A stretch of 64,000 nt of DNA from Candidatus Promineifilaceae bacterium (GTDB lineage: Bacteria > Chloroflexota > Anaerolineae > Promineifilales > Promineifilaceae): contig JBJYWP010000002.1 of NCBI GenBank assembly GCA_046259485.1, forward strand, positions 87,104 through 151,103, written 5' to 3'. Position numbers and translations under genes: made by a program. The notes under the pieces are model-generated. The model was not told the DNA's origin and did no database searches. It saw nothing but the letters and a program-made list of their open reading frames with translations. The first letter of the stretch is position 1, and the number at the start of each line of letters is the position of its first letter. Positions 19,621-27,965 of this stretch are shown piece after piece.

Positions 19621-20912
19621 GTTGGCAGTCTCTCTATCGAAGTAAAGTGACCGATGCGCATACGGCCCTCTCGTCAGTTCAATCTAATGACCGTATTTAT
19701 ATAGGCGGAGGTACCGGTGTACCTAAAGTTCTGATAAATGCGCTAACAGAACATGCCGGCCGACTTGAAAATGTAGAGATAACCCATATTCTCACTTTTG
19801 CTGAAGCGCCTTATGCCGATCCGCAGTACGAAGGAATATTCAGGGTTAATGCTTTATTTATTGGCAATAATGTACGCCGGGCGGTTCGTGAAGGACGGGC
19901 GGATTTTACGCCGATATATTTGTCGGAGATTCCTTCTTTATTCCGCGATGGCCCAATGCCTCTTGATGCGGCATTGGTTATGCTGGGACCGCCGGATGAA
20001 CATGGCTTTTGCAGCTTCGGTGTTGAGGTCGGGACGACGAAGCCCGCGGCCGATGAGGCGAAGATCATCATTGCCGAAATAAATCCTCAAATGCCCAGAA
20101 CGCTTGGTGATTGTTTCATTCATATCAGCCGCCTGAAGCATATTGTGGAAGTTGATTATCCCTTAACTGAAGTTGAGATCGGTGGCAGTTCGGAACTGCA
20201 CATGAAGGTGGGCGAATATATCGCCGATATGATTCACAATGGCGCAACCTTACAGATGGGCATTGGCAGCATTCCCGATGCTGTCTTAAAAAATCTTGGC
20301 GGGCACCGTGATTTAGGAATTCACACCGAGTTGTTCTCCGACGGCGTTATTGACATGGTAGAGCGGGGAGTGATCACGTGCAGTAGGAAGACTTTTCATC
20401 CGGGGAAAATCATTTCCGGATTTATTTTCGGTAGTAAACGCCTTTATGATTTCGCGCATAACAATCCCATGATCGAACTGCATCCATCTGATTATGTCAA
20501 CGATCCCTTTAATATTGCCCAGAATGATCATATGGTGGCTATAAACTCGGCGCTCCAGGTGGATTTGACCGGCCAGGTGTGTGCCGATTCTATTGGCGCG
20601 CAGCTTTACAGCGGTCCTGGCGGGCAGGTGGATTTCATTCGTGGCGCGGCCAGGTCTAAAGGCGGTCTCCCGATTGTAGCCTTTCTATCAACAGCAAAAG
20701 ATGATTCCTTAAGCCGTATCGTGCCCATGCTCTATGAAGGTTCAGGAGTGGTGACCACGCGTAACGATGTCCACTATGTTGTTACGGAACATGGTGTAGC
20801 CCATCTTCACGGCCGTTCGGTTCGAGAGCGGGCCAGGGCGTTGATCGATATCGCCGATCCCAAGTTTCGGGAAGAGTTAACGCGGGCAGGTCAGAAACTG
20901 GGATATTTTTAG
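19617..20912 (+). CDS. Acetyl-CoA hydrolase/transferase family protein (4-hydroxybutyrate/butyrate CoA-transferase-like)
   Basis: 431 aa. ATLQMGIGSIPDAVL and the ELFSDG context match the Cat/AbfT family. An ATGA overlap joins it to ald. Confidence 0.82.
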   Translation: MSWQSLYRSKVTDAHTALSSVQSNDRIYIGGGTGVPKVLINALTEHAGRLENVEITHILTFAEAPYADPQYEGIFRVNALFIGNNVRRAVREGRADFTPIYLSEIPSLFRDGPMPLDAALVMLGPPDEHGFCSFGVEVGTTKPAADEAKIIIAEINPQMPRTLGDCFIHISRLKHIVEVDYPLTEVEIGGSSELHMKVGEYIADMIHNGATLQMGIGSIPDAVLKNLGGHRDLGIHTELFSDGVIDMVERGVITCSRKTFHPGKIISGFIFGSKRLYDFAHNNPMIELHPSDYVNDPFNIAQNDHMVAINSALQVDLTGQVCADSIGAQLYSGPGGQVDFIRGAARSKGGLPIVAFLSTAKDDSLSRIVPMLYEGSGVVTTRNDVHYVVTEHGVAHLHGRSVRERARALIDIADPKFREELTRAGQKLGYF

Positions 20913-21085
20913 CGTTTACTAGAAAATTTTTGAGAAAGACTGAATATTAGTGTAAGATAAATTTGGTAAAAGCGTGATCATCGTCACTCTAATCGATGAC
21001 GATTGGCACTGGAAAATTTCATTATCCTGACTTACGATTGGGAAAATTTTTAATGTAGGTCCTTATCCTGCTCGGAGAAGTTAAT

Positions 21086-21313
21086 ATGGCAGATGTGAAA
21101 TGGGTTAAGATCGAAGGTCGCTGGTGCGAACTGATAAACAAAGATATTGAGATCCTGGAAAAACGGGTTTATCCTGCGGATGTGATGCCCGATATTGGTG
21201 GTTATCACGTTCTGGCATGTAGATGCACGGCCGATATTGATTGTAATCTGGCCGGCGTCCGTTGCGAGTATGCTTACAACAATCCCGGAGCCGGCGCCGC
21301 GGCCGAAGAGTAA
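21086..21313 (+). CDS. Small Cys-rich hypothetical protein
   Basis: 75-aa ORF with 5 Cys (CRCTADIDCNLAGVRC). GGAGAAG lies upstream of the ATG. I recognise no family. Confidence 0.4.
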   Translation: MADVKWVKIEGRWCELINKDIEILEKRVYPADVMPDIGGYHVLACRCTADIDCNLAGVRCEYAYNNPGAGAAAEE

Positions 21314-21322
21314 GGGAAAGTC

Positions 21323-21667
21323 TTATTTAGAACTGCACGCGCCCGAAGTGGCAGATAGGGCTTTACCTGTATCCGGATCCATACACTGGCAGTAGGTTAC
21401 GTCCTCCGGGTATCCTTTCCACATGAAATAACGCACGCTCGTCTGTATGCAATTAGGTTCGTAATCAGTCGAGCGTGTGATCTCTAACCCAATCCCCTCC
21501 GCATCCTTTTCCTGAATAAGAAATATGCGCACATGGTCGCCTTCCGTGGATCCCACTTGAAGCTGGCTTCGTGCTGCCAGGGCAAACGAGAAGAAGGGCA
21601 GGCTAATTATTAAGAGCCAGACAATAATAACCAGAAGATAAAGGATTCGCCGCAGCCAGGGGTTCAT
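21323..21667 (-). CDS. Hypothetical membrane-anchored protein
   Basis: 114 aa with an N-terminal TM helix (ILYLLVIIVWLLIISLPFF) and a Cys-containing C-terminal domain. I recognise no family. Confidence 0.4.
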   Translation of the reverse strand: MNPWLRRILYLLVIIVWLLIISLPFFSFALAARSQLQVGSTEGDHVRIFLIQEKDAEGIGLEITRSTDYEPNCIQTSVRYFMWKGYPEDVTYCQCMDPDTGKALSATSGACSSK

Positions 21668-21708
21668 AATAATAAAAAAGGCCAGGCCAAATAATTTTGG
21701 CCTGGCCT
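21668..21708 (-). terminator. Rho-independent terminator downstream of the glucan phosphorylase gene
   Basis: A perfect 12-bp stem pairs AGGCCAGGCCAA (21679..21690) with TTGGCCTGGCCT (21697..21708). On the minus strand it is followed by TTTTTTATTATT. Confidence 0.78.
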
Positions 21709-21718
21709 AAGCTGTTTA

Positions 21719-23848
21719 CTAAAACTCGCGCGCCAGCGCTTCCAGATAGAGCTCTGTTGTGTACTCCTTCACCATACGGCGCATGCTAAATTGCGGCGTA
21801 TTAGAACGGATTGCTTCGCGCATCACATCAACCCACCCGCGCGGAACGTCGTCGTGATCTCTAACATAGTAGAGCGGCACAATTTCTTCTTCAAGCAGGC
21901 GGTAAATTGCTTCGGCATCATGGTTATCCTGGGCGGCTTGATCATCCATTTGCTCACCATTGATCGCCCAGCCATTAGCTCCGTTATAACCTTCAACCCA
22001 CCATCCATCGAGCACACTGAGATTAGGAACGCCGTTGAGAGAGGCTTTCATACCGCTGGTTCCACTCGCCTCATGCGGTCTTCTCGGGGTGTTCAGCCAA
22101 ACATCGACGCCTTGGGTAAAGTACCTGGCAGTATGCATGTCGTAATCTTCGACGAAGGCGATCCTGCCGCCAATCTGACTGTGTTTAGCCATGTTATAGA
22201 TTTCCTGGATCAAGGCTTTGCCAGGATCATCTGCAGGATGAGCCTTACCGGCGAAGACAATTTGAACCGGCCGGTGAATATCGAGCAGCAGTCTTTTTAG
22301 ACGCTCAGCATCGTGGAAGATGAGCGTAGCCCGTTTATAAGTGGCGAAGCGCCGTGCAAAACCAATGGTTAATGCATCCGGATCGAGCATCGTACCTGAA
22401 GTTAACACCTGGGTCGGATCTGATTGTCCTCCAATCCAACTTCTACGCGCTTGTGCGCGGAGGAAGCGCATGAGCTTAAACTTAAGCAGCATGTGTACTT
22501 CCCAAAGTTCTTCGGAGGGAATATCCACAATCCGCTGCCACATGAGTGGATCATCGTGGCGATCAATCCAGTCGGCGCCTAAGTATTTTGAATAGATTGT
22601 ACTCAACTCATTGGATATCCAGGTTGGTACATGAACGCCATTGGTTACATAGGTGATGGGTATTCTGGTAACTTCCAGATCTGGCCAGACCGGCTGCCAC
22701 ATCTCCCGCGACACTTGACCATGAAGTTTACTTACGCCGTTTGTCTTTTCAGCAAGGTGCAAGGCCAGCACAGTCATGTTGAACGCCTGTCCCCACGGTT
22801 CTTCATACGCCCCAAGCGAGAGGAATTTTTCACGACTGATGCCCATTTCTTCCCAATAACTTCCGAAGTATTGATCGAGAAGATGGTAACTAAAGGCATC
22901 GTGGCCGGCCGGAACCGGCGTATGGGTTGTAAAAATGCTGTTTTCCCGCACGACCTCGATTGCTTCATCAAAGCTCAGACCGTCCTGAACTTTTTTCCGG
23001 ACATTTTCCAGGAGTAAGAATGCGGAATGTCCTTCATTCATGTGCCAGGCCGCGGGTTTGATATTGAGGGCATCCAGCGCGCGGACTCCGCCAATACCCA
23101 ACATGATTTCCTGGCGAATGCGCATTTCACTGTCGCCGGAGTAAAGGCGGGCTGATAGTTCGCGGTCCCAAGGATCATTCTCATCGACGTCTGTATCCAA
23201 GAGATACAGCGGATTTCGGCCGACATTGACCCGCCAGATCCTGGCGAAAACAGTCCTGTTCCCTAATTCAACGCTGATTTTTAGGTCCTGACCTTCATCA
23301 TTTTTCACCAGTTGGATGGGTGCGCGATCGATATCGATCAATTGGTAAACTGCTTCCTGCCAACCATGAGAAGGAACCCGTTGCCGGAAATACCCTTGTG
23401 GGTACATGAAGCCGACGCCAACAAAGGGTAGGCCAAGATCGCTGGCTTCTTTAGCGTGGTCGCCTGATAAGATGCCGAGACCACCGGAGTAGATAGGCAG
23501 TGAATTATGCAGACCAAATTCAAATGAGAAATAAGCGATGATTTGATTCTTGAGATCAGGGAAATTTGTTTGAAACCACGTATGACCATTCGTGAGCATG
23601 TCATCGAACATGAGCATCACTCTGTCATATTGTCTCAGCCAGGCAGCATCTCTAGTGCGGGCTTCCAATTCTTCCTGGCTCATTTCGATTAACATTTCTA
23701 CTGGATTGTGTCTCGTCTTTCGCCAGAGAGGGTAATCTAGACGGCGAAATAATTCTCTCGCTTCCGGGGTCCAGCTCCACCATAGGTTATAGGCAAGTTC
23801 GGGCAAGCGCCCAATTTTTTCCGGAACTTTATTTTTAATTGCTAACAT
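21719..23848 (-). CDS. glgP: Alpha-glucan family phosphorylase (GT35)
   Basis: 709 aa. YFSFEFGLHNSLPIYSGGLGILSGDH and EASGTSGMKASLNG (PLP lysine region) are present. Confidence 0.88.
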   Translation of the reverse strand: MLAIKNKVPEKIGRLPELAYNLWWSWTPEARELFRRLDYPLWRKTRHNPVEMLIEMSQEELEARTRDAAWLRQYDRVMLMFDDMLTNGHTWFQTNFPDLKNQIIAYFSFEFGLHNSLPIYSGGLGILSGDHAKEASDLGLPFVGVGFMYPQGYFRQRVPSHGWQEAVYQLIDIDRAPIQLVKNDEGQDLKISVELGNRTVFARIWRVNVGRNPLYLLDTDVDENDPWDRELSARLYSGDSEMRIRQEIMLGIGGVRALDALNIKPAAWHMNEGHSAFLLLENVRKKVQDGLSFDEAIEVVRENSIFTTHTPVPAGHDAFSYHLLDQYFGSYWEEMGISREKFLSLGAYEEPWGQAFNMTVLALHLAEKTNGVSKLHGQVSREMWQPVWPDLEVTRIPITYVTNGVHVPTWISNELSTIYSKYLGADWIDRHDDPLMWQRIVDIPSEELWEVHMLLKFKLMRFLRAQARRSWIGGQSDPTQVLTSGTMLDPDALTIGFARRFATYKRATLIFHDAERLKRLLLDIHRPVQIVFAGKAHPADDPGKALIQEIYNMAKHSQIGGRIAFVEDYDMHTARYFTQGVDVWLNTPRRPHEASGTSGMKASLNGVPNLSVLDGWWVEGYNGANGWAINGEQMDDQAAQDNHDAEAIYRLLEEEIVPLYYVRDHDDVPRGWVDVMREAIRSNTPQFSMRRMVKEYTTELYLEALAREF

Positions 23849-24028
23849 GAATTATTTTAATAACTCCTAAACTTAACGATGTGCTGCCACAACCGTTAAA
23901 CATAATGCGAGCTGTCCATAATCAGGTTGAATCATAGTGCAAATGGCAGCTTGTCCGCTAAAAAGGGCATCATTATAGCATGGTATTGGTGAAGGAAAAG
24001 TGCGGCAGGATGACGGGTGCTGGCTTAT

Positions 24029-24961
24029 TTACCTACTAGATTCGAGGTTGAACGGCACTTCCTGGGGGAGAGGGTTCGCAAGGCGCGCTAGTGCAAGGTC
24101 AACTGTTGCGTTCACAATCCAACTAAAATGATCTTCGCCGAATAGTTTCCGATCGATGATTGGTGATGGATTGGTACTGTTGATGACGATAAGCTCACCG
24201 TCTTGATGATTAAATTCGATGAGATTGATTTCGTAGCCATACGCTTTTGTCAGTGCAAGAGCGCTGTCAATAATTTGTGCTTTTGTCGCTTCACTTAATT
24301 CGACATCCGGCAGGTAACGATTTTGTTCGGGCGAATATTGAAGAACGAGTGCGCTCTCTTCACCAATGACCAGGCAGTGGATATGCTCTCCCCCCTGTAT
24401 CAATTCCTGCAAAATCATCGTACTGGTTCCGCTTTCGTCATAGCGCTGGATGAGTTCGTCGACATTATGAACTCGAAAGGAAAGGCGTCTACCACCGCTG
24501 CGAATTTCTTTGAATATCGCCGGGACACCAATGTACTCGGTGATGCCCTCCCAATTCATTGGATATTCTAAGTTACGAAAACTGTCTGGAATTGTTTCAG
24601 CCAGAGTCTCTTTGTTTGGAAGAACTATCGTACGCGGGCTCTTCAGGCCTAAACGGTTAGCGATTGTTGTGCCAAAAAACCGGTTATCGGCCGACCAGAC
24701 AAAAGGATTATTGATGATATAGGAGCCATTTAATGCCGCGTACTTAACATAAGTGCGGTAATATGGGATTTCGTGGGACATGCGATCAAAAATTACGGGA
24801 TATAGGCAGGCGTCGTCAAGGTAAGTGCCGCCAAGTTTTACAAATTCGGCCGTTGCCCCCGCATCTCGCGCTGCCAACTCCGCTATAAATGAATCCGGCC
24901 AGTCTTGTTCCCGGCCGACTATGAGTCCAACGATCTGTTTTTTGTTTTGGGTTTCCGCCAT
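24029..24961 (-). CDS. Hypothetical protein, possibly ATP-grasp fold
   Basis: 310 aa. The layout is loosely reminiscent of RimK/glutathione-synthase-like ATP-grasp proteins (PAIFKEIRSGGRR, ILQELI, INLIEFN). The assignment is weak. Confidence 0.35.
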   Translation of the reverse strand: MAETQNKKQIVGLIVGREQDWPDSFIAELAARDAGATAEFVKLGGTYLDDACLYPVIFDRMSHEIPYYRTYVKYAALNGSYIINNPFVWSADNRFFGTTIANRLGLKSPRTIVLPNKETLAETIPDSFRNLEYPMNWEGITEYIGVPAIFKEIRSGGRRLSFRVHNVDELIQRYDESGTSTMILQELIQGGEHIHCLVIGEESALVLQYSPEQNRYLPDVELSEATKAQIIDSALALTKAYGYEINLIEFNHQDGELIVINSTNPSPIIDRKLFGEDHFSWIVNATVDLALARLANPLPQEVPFNLESSR

Positions 24962-25170
24962 TTTTCCTCAATTGTTTTTTGAGTATTAATGTAAAAATAT
25001 ACACCAATTCATTATCTCTGCCTAACCCTGAAATTGTTTTAAGCCATCACAATTTAAGCTGAGCAAATTGATTCGATTATTGTTCGGCGCATTGTTCTTA
25101 TTCCCTTATTATTGATGAGGTATCCTGTGTAATCATGATATGGGACTGTGTGCCCAGTGGAGGTATTGGC

Positions 25171-25677
25171 ATGAGTAATCAAGTTTTTATCTTAACCTTT
25201 GACGATGTTAAGTCAGCAGATTTAGTCCTTAAGGATCTGGAATCTCTTCAGAAGCAGGGCGATGTCGAATTGAGTGATGCCGTTACTGTTTTTAAAGACG
25301 CGGATGGCAAACTAAAAGTCAGCGAGACAACTGATTTTACGACTGGTCGAGGAGCTGTTACCGGCGGGGGGCTGGGGCTGATCATCGGCCTTATTTTTGG
25401 AGGACCAATAGGTGGTCTGGTCCTCGGTGCGGCCGCAGGCGCATTAATTGGTAAAAAGGTCGACCTTGGGATTAGCAAAGAGAAAATAGAATTGGTTTCC
25501 AACTCGATGGTGGATAGTAGTTCGGCAATTTTCTTGCAGGTAGTTTCTGTAAGGCAAGAAGGCATATTGCCTGCATTAATGCAGAAATATGACGGAACCT
25601 TACATGAGTTTGAACTTAGCGATGAGCACCTGGCGGATATCGATCAAACGTTAACTGAAACGGATATCCGGCATTAA
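25171..25677 (+). CDS. DUF1269-type membrane protein
   Basis: A Gly-rich TM segment (GGGLGLIIGLIFGGPIGGLVLGAAAGALIG) follows an alpha/beta N-domain. I prefer the start at 25171 (MSNQ) because GGAGG lies 7 nt upstream; the track ORF starts at 25135. Confidence 0.6.
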   Translation: MSNQVFILTFDDVKSADLVLKDLESLQKQGDVELSDAVTVFKDADGKLKVSETTDFTTGRGAVTGGGLGLIIGLIFGGPIGGLVLGAAAGALIGKKVDLGISKEKIELVSNSMVDSSSAIFLQVVSVRQEGILPALMQKYDGTLHEFELSDEHLADIDQTLTETDIRH

Positions 25678-25712
25678 TTATAAATATCTAGTCTGGAAAT
25701 CAATAACCTCTC

Positions 25713-25946
25713 TCAGGGTTCCTGGCAGGTATCACGATAGTTATCCATCGCTCTTTGCAATGCCAGAATAAGTAAGCACGCCTGATCAGGTGTGATATAA
25801 AGATTTGTTTCATCAAACTTGAGGACTTTTTCGTCTTCGGGACAGTCCTCAATCATTTGAATGCAAACGGCATCCTCATATTCACTGTCTGTCTCGTCAT
25901 AAAATATTTTTACGGTGAGACCACCATCAAAGAGTATTACTGACAT
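25713..25946 (-). CDS. Small acidic hypothetical protein
   Basis: 77-aa ORF. I recognise no family. Confidence 0.35.
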   Translation of the reverse strand: MSVILFDGGLTVKIFYDETDSEYEDAVCIQMIEDCPEDEKVLKFDETNLYITPDQACLLILALQRAMDNYRDTCQEP

Positions 25947-25972
25947 AGTTAAAACTCCCTGAACTGCTTAGA

Positions 25973-26257
25973 TTATTCTTCTACGGCTACAACTTGATTC
26001 AAATCCGGAAAAAACTGCTTGACCGTTCCTTCTACCCAGCCATGTAAAGTGACCGGCGCCAATTCACAACCTTCACAGGCGCCCGTCATTCTAACCTCAA
26101 GCACATTATCCTTGAAACCGACCATTTCTACAGCGCCGCCATGATAATGTTCGATATACGCGCTTATAGTTTTTATGAGCGCCCTCATTTGCTCTTCCTC
26201 ATTGGCAATATCAGACGTTGGGCTTGCATTCGTGGTTGACATAGATCGTACCTCCAT
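25973..26257 (-). CDS. NifU-like (Nfu C-terminal domain) Fe-S cluster protein
   Basis: 94 aa. GGAVEMVGFKDNVLEVRMTGACEGCELA carries the Nfu-type CxxC motif. Confidence 0.75.
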   Translation of the reverse strand: MEVRSMSTTNASPTSDIANEEEQMRALIKTISAYIEHYHGGAVEMVGFKDNVLEVRMTGACEGCELAPVTLHGWVEGTVKQFFPDLNQVVAVEE

Positions 26258-26361
26258 TCATTTTCACCTAACAATAGATCATTTCAAGGGTTCAGCATTC
26301 TATTTAGTTTTCCAGCAGCTACATTTCTAATTGTATCCGTAACTGATTGCCTGGGAAATAG

Positions 26362-27696
26362 CTACTCAGCCTTACGCCAGACGACGATTATGGCCAATAG
26401 GCCAACTGCCAGAAGGCCAAAACTTGTTATTAATCCCACCTGTCCTAAACCACTTGATGCGAGCAGCGAGTTCTTTTCGGGTGTTGGTGTTGCCGTAGGA
26501 CTAACTGCCAGGCGAGTCGCCTGGGGACGCGGAGTGGGTGTATTTTGAGGCGTTTCCGTGGGTGTTACCGTTGGAACTGAGGTTTCAGTTGGGGGTACTG
26601 TGGCCGTTGGTGTACTAGTTGGGGTGACGATTTTTAATTCATCCCCAACAGATAGGGCGGCCTGAGGTCCCAGATTGTTAAGATTAATTAATTCGTCAAG
26701 GGGCAACCCATAGCGGATAGAAATATCCCAGGCTGTTTCACCGGCGGCAACAATATGTGTTAACTTCGGTGTTGGTGTTGGAGGTGGGCTTTCTCCGGGA
26801 AGCAGCGCGATGCGTACTTCGTCCCCGGCGTGGAGGACACTATCCTCGGAGGCGCTGTTTAACCAAAGTAAATCATTCACGGACAGCTGATGCCAGGCTG
26901 CGATTGTCCACCACGATTCACCCTCGCGAACTGTATAGAAGGGAGGAGGTGTCGGAGTAGGTGGGGGTTCCTGCCCGTCTGCCAGGCGAATGATGAGTTC
27001 ATCTCCCGGGGTAATCAGGCTCTCTTCATTCAAATTATTGTACAGATACAGCTGGCTTAACGGTATTTCATAGCGGGCGGCGATCACCCAAAATGATTGG
27101 CCTGAGTCCACGAGATGGACGATGGATCCATCTTCCCGCGGTTCGGCGATAACCACCGGCGCAACCGGCGCCAGCAGCTGATCGTTGTCATCGCCAACTT
27201 GAGGAACGGCCGGTGCGTTGTAACCGGTTGGTGAGCCGGCGACTAGGGCGTAAAAATTTTGATCAAAGCCCTGAGCGGTGCCGATACCGACGTGCGAATA
27301 CTGGGGAGCTAAAAGTGTGTTGAGATGGATTGGGCTGTTGATCCACCACACAACACCTTGCCCTGGAGTTAAATTGGTCCCGCCAACCACATTCTCGGTT
27401 GCCCGACCGGGAAATCCAGCCACGCTTGCGCGTGACTGCGGTGTTGACCCCCCGGCTCCTGTATGAGAATAGACATTATTAGTCGCCATGAAGTTAGCCT
27501 GGTTTTGGGCCGCTGAAGCCAATCTTTGATCCCATACAAATGGCGGGAGACCATTACGAACACGCAAGTCGTTAACCAGGTTGAATATTTGTAGATTGCT
27601 TCCTGATTGGGCGGAAGCGATCGGTGCTTCGGACGGCCGATATAAGTATGTCAGGCCGATTAACACCAACCCTAACCACAAAATTCTCCTCTTCAT
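26362..27696 (-). CDS. Secreted CAP/SCP (PR-1-like) domain protein with three LysM repeats and a C-terminal TM anchor
   Basis: 444 aa. It has a signal peptide and a CAP motif region (VNDLRVRNGLPPF, YSHTG, NSPIHLNTLL). Three LysM repeats are separated by PPPTPTP linkers, followed by a Thr/Pro-rich tail and a TM helix. Confidence 0.75.
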   Translation of the reverse strand: MKRRILWLGLVLIGLTYLYRPSEAPIASAQSGSNLQIFNLVNDLRVRNGLPPFVWDQRLASAAQNQANFMATNNVYSHTGAGGSTPQSRASVAGFPGRATENVVGGTNLTPGQGVVWWINSPIHLNTLLAPQYSHVGIGTAQGFDQNFYALVAGSPTGYNAPAVPQVGDDNDQLLAPVAPVVIAEPREDGSIVHLVDSGQSFWVIAARYEIPLSQLYLYNNLNEESLITPGDELIIRLADGQEPPPTPTPPPFYTVREGESWWTIAAWHQLSVNDLLWLNSASEDSVLHAGDEVRIALLPGESPPPTPTPKLTHIVAAGETAWDISIRYGLPLDELINLNNLGPQAALSVGDELKIVTPTSTPTATVPPTETSVPTVTPTETPQNTPTPRPQATRLAVSPTATPTPEKNSLLASSGLGQVGLITSFGLLAVGLLAIIVVWRKAE

Positions 27697-27965
27697 GCAC
27701 CAAAATATATCAGTAACTTTGCAGGCGACAAAAGGTTCTTAACGGGCGACAAATGTCTGGGGTTTTTAAAAGTTCATGGATAATCATTAATGTTTTTAGG
27801 TTCTGGAAACAACTGGGACGGGCAAACGTAAAGAGCTGTGTTATAACCTCTATTAAATTGGGGGAAATTAATATAAAGAAAGTCGGCTTTTCTATTTTAT
27901 TCTTGCTTAACTGCCTGGATGATTCAAAGAATTGGTCGCCTAAAAGTAAAGACTTAAAAATTATT

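Noticed and set aside
25429-25436. NotI sites (GCGGCCGC here and at 63878..63885) as separate features
   Set aside because: They are simply members of the CGGCCG-core family described in the iterated-palindrome finding.
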